Positions 56,296-64,000 of a stretch of 64,000 bases of DNA are shown in pieces (position 1 is the stretch's first letter; every line of letters starts with the position of its first letter). The stretch comes from Nitrospirota bacterium (GTDB lineage Bacteria > Nitrospirota > UBA9217), in NCBI GenBank assembly GCA_963741205.1, contig CAVUHW010000026.1, positions 1-64,000 of the forward strand, written 5' to 3'. The position numbers and the translations under genes were made by a program. The notes below the pieces were generated by a model. The model had not been told where the DNA came from and made no database searches. It saw nothing but the letters and a program-made list of their open reading frames with translations.

Positions 56296-57752
56296 TCATT
56301 TCAACAGCTCCACCGCCGTCTGGAACCACCCGGCGAGGAACTTCGGCATATAGAGGCCGAGAACGAGTACCACCGACATGTGCAGTATCACCGGGACATG
56401 TGCGACTTTAAGCGGTGCTGGTAGGGAGGCCGTTCTCCCGAGACCATGGGCTGCACCCTTCTGAAGAGCGCCGCAAAGGACACGCCGAGCCCCAGGAGGA
56501 GAAACGGCGCCAGGAGCGGCGCGTCCTTGATCGTGGCCGTCAGGATCAGGAACTCGCTGGTGAACACGCCGAAGGGCGGCATCCCGACGATCGCCATGAC
56601 CCCGAGCGCCAGCCCCCACCCGACGAGAGGATTGCCGCGGATCAGCCCTTTGATCCTTTCCATCTCCTGGGTCCTGTGCATCTGCGAGGCGTGGCCCACG
56701 GTGAAGAAGATGGAAGACTTGGTCAGGCTGTGGACCAGCATGTGGAGAAGCGCCCCGAAGGTCGCCACCGGGCCGCCGAGGCCGAAGGCGAAGGTGGCGA
56801 TACCCATGTGTTCGATGGAGGAATAGGCAAAAAGCCGCTTGATGTCCTTCTGCCGCAGAAGGGAGAAGGAGGCGACGATGATCGAGAGGATGCCGAAGCC
56901 CATCATGATATCGCCCGAATGGTGCGTCCCGGTGGAGCCGTCCACGAGCACTTTGCACCGCACCAGCGCGTAGAGCGCGATGTTGAGCAGAAGCCCCGAG
57001 AGCACAGCGGAGATGGGCGTGGGGCCTTCACTGTGCGCGTCGGGCAGCCAGTTGTGGATGGGCACGAGCCCCACCTTGGTGCCGTATCCCACCATGAGAA
57101 ACACAAAGGCCAGAGACAGGATCGTCGGTTCGAGCTGGTTGCTTACCTGGTATAGATTCGTCCAATGGAGAGCCGCGCCGCCTTCGCCGAGCACCTTTTC
57201 CGCCGCAAAGTACAGGAGCACGGTGCCGAAGAGCGCGAGGGCGATGCCCACGCCGCAGAGGATGAAATATTTCCACGCGGCCTCGATCGCGGCCGGCGTG
57301 CGGTACAGGGACACCAGAAGGACCGTGGACAGCGTGGCCAGCTCCATGGCGATCCAGAGAATGCCCACGTTGTTCGTCAGGAGGCAGAGCAGCATGGCGA
57401 AGATGAAGAGCTGGAACATGGCGTGGTAGAAACGAAGCCGTCGGTGGCCGATGGTGCCGTGCTCGCGCTCACGCCGCATATAGCGCCTGCTGAAGATGGC
57501 TGTGGTCATGGAGACAAAGGCGGTGAGAACCGTCAGGTAGACACTGAAGGCGTCGACGAAGAAAAAATTATTCCCCGCCAGGATCGAGCCGTGCTCATAG
57601 ACCTGGAGCGCAAGCTGGATGCTCGCGACAAAGGTCGCGGCGGAGCCGAGGATGTTCACCTCGGGCGCAAGCTTCCGGTCGCCGACGAATGCCAGCGCCA
57701 GGGCCGACGACGAAATAGAGCGGAACGCCTAAGAAGATATGAGAAGCTCCAT
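56296..57752 (-). CDS. hyfF: HyfF-like antiporter-type membrane subunit (frameshifts near both ends)
   Basis: EAAWKYFILC, GTKVGLVPIHNWLPDAHSE, AYSSIEHMG. Confidence 0.85.
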
Positions 57753-57760
57753 CGAGAACC

Positions 57761-58426
57761 TCAGTCTTCTTCCTTCAGCCTCGCCATCTGGTCCACATCG
57801 AGGCTGTCGAAGGTGGTGCTGATGTGGAAGAAAAACATCCCGAATATGAACGCCGCGATCAACAGGTCCAGGGCCACGCCCAGCTCGACCACCAGGGGCA
57901 TGCCGTAGGTGGCGCTCGTGGCTGCGAAGAGGAGCCCGTTTTCCATGGCGAGGAACCCGATGATCTGGGTGACCGCGTGCTTTCTGGTGATCATCATCAG
58001 GAAGCCGAGCATGACCGTGGCGAGGGCGACCGCCAGGGTGGACCGGGTCACGAGTGTGGAGAGCTCCCTGATGGGAGCGGTAAGATGATAGGAGAATATC
58101 ACCAGAACGATCCCCATCAGCATGGTGGTGGGGATGTTCACCACCGTCTCCACTTCCTTGTGGATCTTCAGCTTAACGATCAGCTTATGCAATATGTACG
58201 GCAGGAGGACGACCTTCATCGATAGCGTCAGGATGGAAGAGATGTACAGATCGTGTTTGCCCCCGACATACCCGACGATAGCGGTGCTGACGGCGAGCAG
58301 GAACCCCTGCCACGCGAACAGGTGCAGAAGGGCGTTCATCCTCCGCTGCACCACCAGGGCAAAGGCGGTAAGGAGGATCATGGCCGCGAGCAAGCTGTTG
58401 ATCTGCGCTGCAAGGTGCATGTTCAT
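57761..58426 (-). CDS. hyfE: HyfE-like membrane subunit
   Basis: QIIGFLAMENG, MPLVVELG..LD. Confidence 0.85.
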   Translation of the reverse strand: MNMHLAAQINSLLAAMILLTAFALVVQRRMNALLHLFAWQGFLLAVSTAIVGYVGGKHDLYISSILTLSMKVVLLPYILHKLIVKLKIHKEVETVVNIPTTMLMGIVLVIFSYHLTAPIRELSTLVTRSTLAVALATVMLGFLMMITRKHAVTQIIGFLAMENGLLFAATSATYGMPLVVELGVALDLLIAAFIFGMFFFHISTTFDSLDVDQMARLKEED

Positions 58427-58449
58427 GTCATTCCTCTGATCATTCAATT

Positions 58450-58533
58450 TGTCATACCTGCGGAAGCAGGTATCCATTGGCTTGTAAGATTTACGTCAAA
58501 ATGGATTCCCGATAGAAGCATTCGGGAATGACA
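58450..58533. repeat. GTCATTCCC...GGGAATGAC palindromic element, copy 3
   Basis: tgtcatacctgcggaagcaggtatcca...tggattcccgatagaagcattcgggaatgaca. Confidence 0.8.
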
Positions 58534-58571
58534 CGAAAGTTTCGCTGTAGTACTATTCGGCGCTTGCATGA

Positions 58572-59517
58572 CTACTCCAGCATGAAATACGAAAGCATCC
58601 CGAGGGTCGCGAAGAGAAAGGCGCTCCCCAGGAACTCGGTTATGCGGAAAATCCGCATTTTTGCAAGTCCCGTCTCTATCATCACCAGTCCCACGCCGAC
58701 AATTGCAAGCTTGATCAGAAGGACCGGAAAGGCGACGATGACGGACAGCAGGTCGTTGTCAAGCGCGATCCCCCCGGGGAAGAAGGAAGCGATCCCGAGG
58801 GCCGTAAAGAGAAACAGCTTCATCATCCCCGCCCATTCGATGAGAGCGAGATGTCTGCCGGAGTATTCGAGGATCATGGCCTCGTGGATCATGGTGAGCT
58901 CCAGATGGGTGGCCGGGTTGTCCACGGGCACCCTCCCCGTCTCGGCAAGGGCGATGAGGACGAACGCCAGAAGCGCGAAGACCAGGGAAGGCCGGAGCAT
59001 GGAATGCCCCTGGGAGATGACATGGGCCATTTGCGACAGGGACGTTGAATGGCTCACCAGGGAAACGGCGAACACCGCCATCAGCATGGCCGGTTCTGCG
59101 AGGGAGGCGATGGTCATTTCACGGCTCGAACCCATGCCGCCGAAGGCCGTGCCGATGTCCATACCCGCCAGGGCCGTAAAAAATCGCGCGATGGCAAAAA
59201 GTGCCACCAGGGCGATGACGTCGGCCGTTGCCGACAGCGGCAGATCGATGGACAGGGTGGGGATGATCCCGCCGGCCATGACCGAGACGCCGAAGACGAG
59301 GTAGGGCGTAAACCGGAATATCCAGGAGGCGTTCTCCGCCAGCGTCACGTCCTTGCTCAGAAGTTTCCTGATGTCGCGGGAGGGCTGGAGCAGGCTCGGA
59401 GAGGTGCGGCCCTGGAACCAGCACTTCACCATCTTCACCCACCCCACGAACAGGGGGGCGACAAAGAGGAGGACGGCGACTTGAAGAACTTCTATGATGA
59501 GAGGATGGATATGTCAT
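58572..59517 (-). CDS. hyfC: HyfC/NuoH-like membrane subunit (frameshift near start)
   Basis: FGGMGSSRE, AETGRVPVDNPATHLELTMIHEAMILEYSG. Confidence 0.88.
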
Positions 59518-59542
59518 TAGTTCATTCCTCGGTTTAATATTC

Positions 59543-59632
59543 GTCATTCCCGCGAAAGCGGGAATCCAGGTTGACTTTTACTATACAAATAAAAACTCTC
59601 TGCGATTCCCGATAGAAGCATTCGGGAATGAC
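59543..59632. repeat. GTCATTCCC...GGGAATGAC palindromic element, copy 4
   Basis: gtcattcccgcgaaagcgggaatcca...gattcccgatagaagcattcgggaatgac. Confidence 0.85.
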
Positions 59633-59657
59633 AATATAAGTTGCTCTGCGATGTTAC

Positions 59658-61703
59658 TCATCTCGAAAATATCAGCAGCACCAGGATAGTCACAAACGAA
59701 TAGATAAGGTATATCTGAATCCGTCCCTGCTGCATCCTTCCGATCCGGCGCGACAGCCAGAAGCTTGCGTCGACCACGGGCTGGTAGATCCAGAGCCAGA
59801 AGCGGTCCCTCACCCGCAGATGGTACTGCAGGCGCTGCGGGAATGCAGGGTGTGCGACAGGGGGAACCTGCCGGACATGCTCTTTGATGCTGAAGAGATA
59901 ACCGAAAATCCTGCGCAGGGGCATGGAAAAGGACGTAGCCGTATACTGCATCCGGCTGGTGACCTTTTCGAACCCGCAGTCCCAGAGAGGTACGCGGCGG
60001 ATGGCGCCGGGACGGGTATGAAGCAGAAGATAGGTCACGATCACGACGGACAGGATGCCCATGAAGGCGATGGGCGCCGAATAGGAGGCCCGTTCGGCCG
60101 CGATGGGGGTGAGCCACATCCAGCCGATGCCCGACGCGGAAGCGGCTATCGTGCCGCCGACCAGCTCCTCCGCAAGCGGGTCCATCCAGCGGATCATGAC
60201 CGTCGGCAGAACGCCGAGAGCCAGACAGGTGAGCGCAGCGAGCAGCATGCCGATGCGCATGAACCAATCCGCCTCATGGACGCGGCCGGGATGATGTCCG
60301 CGCTGGTGCCCCAGAAAGGTCACTCCGAAGGCCTTCACGAAACAGGCGGCGGCGAGCGCGCTCGTCAGCGCCAGAAGAGCGGCCCCCAGCGGAATGAGCA
60401 GGTTCAGGAGCGGACTGGGGAGCGCGGGCGAAAGCAGGAAGGCCTGATAGGTAAGCCATTCCGACACAAACCCGTTAAACGGCGGCAACGCCGAGATCGA
60501 GATGCAGCCGATAAGGAAGAGCACGGCGGTCCAGGGCATGAAACGGATGAGCCCGCCCATCTCTTCCATGTTCCGTTCATGGGTCGCGTGAAGCACGGCG
60601 CCGGCGCCCATGAAGAGCAGTCCCTTGAACATCGCGTGGTTCAGGGTGTGATAGAGCCCGGCGATCAAGGCCAGGGCGGCCAGAAGCGACATGTCGAACG
60701 AAGTGAAGATCATGGCCAGGCCGATGCCGATCAGGATGATGCCGATGTTCTCCACGGAATGATAGGCAAGGAGCCGCTTCAGGTCGTGCTGCATGAGAGC
60801 GTAGAGCACGCCCATGACCGCGGAGACCAGTCCGAAGACCAATACGAGCGCGCCCCACCACCAGGGGAAATCTCCGATGAGGTCGAAGACAACCCGGACG
60901 ATCCCGTAGATGGCAGTCTTGAGCATCACGCCGCTCATGAGGGCGGACACGTTCGACGGTGCGACGGGGTGCGCCTCGGGAAGCCAGATGTGGAGCGGAA
61001 TCACGCCGGCCTTTGCGGAGAACCCGAAGAAGGCGAGGAGAAAAGCCAGTGTCGCCAAGCCTGCCGGAAGCTCCGTTTCGCGCATGGCGTCGAAGGTATA
61101 CGCCTGGAACCCCGAGAATCCGGTCGCGAGACCCGCCATGACCCCGAAGGACAGGAGGATTGCGATGGCGCCTACATGGGCGACAACCAGATACAGAAAC
61201 GCGGCCCTCCTGTTCTCGACACGCTCGTCTTCAAAGAGGACGAGGAAGTAGGACGACGCCGCCATCATCTCCCAGGAGATGAGGAAAAACAAAGCATCGT
61301 CCGCAAGGACCACCAGAAACATCCCGGCAAGGAAGAAGGCGTAAAAAACCACGAGGCTCGTCACCGGTCGTTGGCCGAGAAACCCCTTGACGTACCCGAT
61401 GGAGTAGATGGACACAAAGAAAGCGAGCAGGCCGACGACGACAAGAAAAAATCCCGACAGGAGGTCGAGCCGGAGATGAAAGGGCAGATCGGGAAGGCCG
61501 GCCGGCAGAATGACCTGCTGGGTGATGCCGCTCGCCACAGCCCATATTCCGGAGGAGGCGGCGAGAAAAGAGGCGATAGCGGTAAGAGTAAAACCGGTGT
61601 AGATAAGAAGGCGCTGATTCGAACGCAGAAGCGGAGCGAGCGCCAGCAGAAGAACCAGCGCAGCGAAAGACAAGGCTATGAGACTGAAAGGTGAAAAAAG
61701 CAC
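59658..61703 (-). CDS. hyfB: HyfB-like antiporter-type membrane subunit
   Basis: PLHIWLPEAHPVAPS, LLAYHSVENIG, PPFNGFVSEW, WDCG...MQYT. Confidence 0.9.
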   Translation of the reverse strand: MLFSPFSLIALSFAALVLLLALAPLLRSNQRLLIYTGFTLTAIASFLAASSGIWAVASGITQQVILPAGLPDLPFHLRLDLLSGFFLVVVGLLAFFVSIYSIGYVKGFLGQRPVTSLVVFYAFFLAGMFLVVLADDALFFLISWEMMAASSYFLVLFEDERVENRRAAFLYLVVAHVGAIAILLSFGVMAGLATGFSGFQAYTFDAMRETELPAGLATLAFLLAFFGFSAKAGVIPLHIWLPEAHPVAPSNVSALMSGVMLKTAIYGIVRVVFDLIGDFPWWWGALVLVFGLVSAVMGVLYALMQHDLKRLLAYHSVENIGIILIGIGLAMIFTSFDMSLLAALALIAGLYHTLNHAMFKGLLFMGAGAVLHATHERNMEEMGGLIRFMPWTAVLFLIGCISISALPPFNGFVSEWLTYQAFLLSPALPSPLLNLLIPLGAALLALTSALAAACFVKAFGVTFLGHQRGHHPGRVHEADWFMRIGMLLAALTCLALGVLPTVMIRWMDPLAEELVGGTIAASASGIGWMWLTPIAAERASYSAPIAFMGILSVVIVTYLLLHTRPGAIRRVPLWDCGFEKVTSRMQYTATSFSMPLRRIFGYLFSIKEHVRQVPPVAHPAFPQRLQYHLRVRDRFWLWIYQPVVDASFWLSRRIGRMQQGRIQIYLIYSFVTILVLLIFSR

Positions 61704-61844
61704 GTTCCTACCTCCGGAAAATCAGAGCCTTCAATCGATCATGAAACCGGTCAGTGCACGTGTTATTTCACAACAAGTTCATTGTGGTTCAGCTGTTATC
61801 AAAAATTTCCTTCCCCTCAAAGGGAGAACCAAGAAATGAAAGCC

Positions 61845-62384
61845 CTAACCCGATTGTACGGACTTTGTCCGCGAATCGATAAGTTGAGAAATCCCTATCA
61901 ATATCGCCACGGGCGTCGGAGGACAACCGGGTATGTAGCCGTCAACGGGGATGACGTTCGCGGCGCCGTCCGTGACCGCGTAGCTTCCTTTATAGATGCC
62001 GCCGTCCAAGGCGCAGTCGCCGCAGGCCAGAACCAGGCGGGGCTCCGGCATTGCGAGCCAGGTCCTTTTGAGGGCAAGCTCCATCTGGCGGGACACGGGA
62101 CCGGTTACGAGCAAGACGTCGGCGTGGCGCGGCGAAGCGACGAAATCGATGCCGAAGCGCTGGATATCGTAGATAGGATTCGTCAGCGCCGTGCATTCCC
62201 ATTCGCAAGCGTTGCATGATCCTGCATCAACCTGACGGATCCGGAGCGACCTACCGAAGATTGTATCAATCTTTCGCTGAAAGTCAACAATCTTCGCTGC
62301 CTGCTCCGCGGTGACGTTGAAGCCCTCGGGGAACGGGATAACCTGTTTTTTGCCGATAAGGTTTTTGAGAATCTCTTTTATCAT
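61845..62384 (-). CDS. HyfI/NuoB-like Fe-S small subunit (Ehr), copy 1
   Basis: DAGSCNACEWE, SPRHAD, CGDCA, IPGCPP. Confidence 0.9.
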   Translation of the reverse strand: MIKEILKNLIGKKQVIPFPEGFNVTAEQAAKIVDFQRKIDTIFGRSLRIRQVDAGSCNACEWECTALTNPIYDIQRFGIDFVASPRHADVLLVTGPVSRQMELALKRTWLAMPEPRLVLACGDCALDGGIYKGSYAVTDGAANVIPVDGYIPGCPPTPVAILIGISQLIDSRTKSVQSG

Positions 62385-62409
62385 ATCTGCTTCCTGAAAT
62401 ATCCTGCTG

Positions 62410-62441
62410 CTTCTCACTTCTTACTTCTACTTCTTACTTCC
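62410..62441. repeat. Short degenerate 6-7-bp tandem repeat (CTTCTTA-like)
   Basis: cttctcacttcttacttctacttcttacttcc. Confidence 0.7.
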
Positions 62442-64000
62442 TCACATATCCGTACCCGAATACGACAGATTAAAGCTCTTGTTGCACAGCGGGAAATCGG
62501 GCACGATGTTCCCGTGGACCGCGAAGGGCACCGCGGGCCAGTTGCAGTAGGACGGCGACCGGAGTTTCACCCTGAGCGGCTTGCCTTCACGATCCGCCAT
62601 GACCCAGTAGAACAGGGAGCCGCGCGGCGATTCCGCATATCCCAGCGCGGAGGACCAAGCCGGGGCCGGCTTGACCGGGACGGACAGATCTCCCTCGTAA
62701 GCGCTTTCGAAAAGCGCCTGGATCATGGAGATTGAGCATTCTATTTCCTCCGCCCTGATCATCATGCGGGCCATCACGTCCCCTTTTTCCAGGGTATGGG
62801 CCTCGAAAATCAGGCGGTCGTAGAGCAGATGGGGATGGGACTTTCTCATGTCGTCGAAAAGGCCAGAGGCCCGGGCGGCCACGCCGGTCACCCCGAGTTT
62901 CCGGGCAATATCTTTGGAGAGCCTGCCGGTATTTTCGAGCCGCTCGATATGCGAGACCGAACCGAGCAGGAGTTCCATGAGCCCTTTGTATTCCCCGGTA
63001 GCCTCATCCATGGTCTTCAAAATATCGTCGGCCCGGTCAAACACGTCTTTCGTAACGCCGCCCACGACGTTGACGCCCCGCAGATATCTGCTGCCGGTCA
63101 GCCGCTCGTTGAGCTGCATGAGCCGCTCCTTGATGATCGCGCCTTTCATATAGCCAAGCGCAAACGCCGTTCCCGCGCACATGTTCCCGATGTCGCCGAT
63201 GTGATTGTAGAGCCTTTCGAGCTCGAGGACAAGGGTCCTGACGGCGGCCGCCTTCTCGGTGATCTCGGTGCCCGTCATCCGTTCCACGGCCATGCAATAG
63301 GCCGCGCCGTGCGAAAAGGACGAGGTACCGGAAACGCGCTCGGCAAGCTTTACGCCCCCGGTGAAGTCAAGGCTCTCAAACTGCTTTTCCGTGCCCTTGT
63401 GCGTATAGAAGAGCCTCGGCTCCAGGAAGAAGATCGTCTCGCCGATCGCGCTGAACCGGAAATGACCGGGTTCGATGATGCCGGCGTGCACAGGCCCGAC
63501 GGGGATCTCGACTATCCCCTCGCCCGCTACTTCCATGAAGGGATGGGGTACATGAACCGCAACCCCCTCTCCCCACTCCTTGAGCTCCGCGCCGCTGATT
63601 TTCCAGTCTTTACGGAGCGGATGAGAGTCCTTCGGAAAGGCCTCGTGAAAAACGAGTCTGCGTTTGTCGGGATGGCCCTCCGGAGTAAGGCCGAACAGGT
63701 CGCTGATTTCGCGCTCGTACCAGTGTGCGGCGGGGATGCGGGGAGTTATTGACGGAAACCGCGGATCGGACGGCAATACCGGCAGGACGATGAGGATGAA
63801 CCGGTCAGCGCCGGGGATCGTGAATACCGTATAGATCCTGAAGACGCCGTCTTTCCCGCGTTCATCGGTCGCAAACATCACGACGCAGCATGGCGTGGAG
63901 GTCTTCGGAAAGGCGCCCGCAGATGTCCTTATAGTCCTCGGCCTTAACCTCGATGGTGGACTCGTTCAGCCGGTCCGTGATTTTTACCGCTTTATTGAGG
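62442..64000 (-). CDS. HyfG/NuoCD-like large subunit lacking NiFe cysteines (Ehr), copy 1; 5' end outside the window
   Basis: VGPVHAGIIEPGHFRF, YTHKGTEK, RVSGTS, ESPRG, DFPLCNKSFNLSYSGTDM. Confidence 0.88.

Noticed and set aside
53933-64000. Functional [NiFe] hydrogenase-4 / formate hydrogenlyase
   Set aside because: Both large subunits lack the N- and C-terminal CxxC Ni ligands; no hyp or fdh genes in the window.

Overview
GC-rich (by eye ~55-60%) bacterial chromosome segment, most consistent with an anaerobic Nitrospirota/Desulfobacterota-type organism (inference from gene content). Many genes are broken by isolated single-base indels at roughly one per 0.5-1.5 kb, including housekeeping genes such as acs; I read these as long-read assembly errors and reconstruct genes across them. 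Contents in order: a MalT-like ATPase-TPR-BTAD regulator, a micro-protein and a ~2100-aa secreted S8 protease with 9 CARDB repeats; an AraC-linked aldo-keto reductase/flavodoxin/cupin/CMD cluster; a three-gene operon (non-canonical transketolase, CxxC CMD protein, form IV RuBisCO-like protein); a sigma-54-driven pair of small membrane paralogues; DEAD-box helicase and cold-shock protein; a PlsA/Ger-like ether-lipid enzyme; a UGA-containing (selenocysteine, UxxC) DsbA-like gene before a diheme peroxidase-family gene; the DUF294/exonuclease/DUF485/actP/acs acetate cluster; an apparent ~2700-aa FixC-FixX-ACAD-ACAD-EtfB-EtfA mega-fusion carrying in-frame palindromic repeat insertions; and Ni-site-less hydrogenase-4-like (Ehr) genes with two divergent sets of peripheral subunits. 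Best candidates for undescribed systems: the single-chain ACAD/ETF/ETF-oxidoreductase protein and the RLP + His-less transketolase + CxxC operon. No rRNA, tRNA, CRISPR array or transposase was seen.
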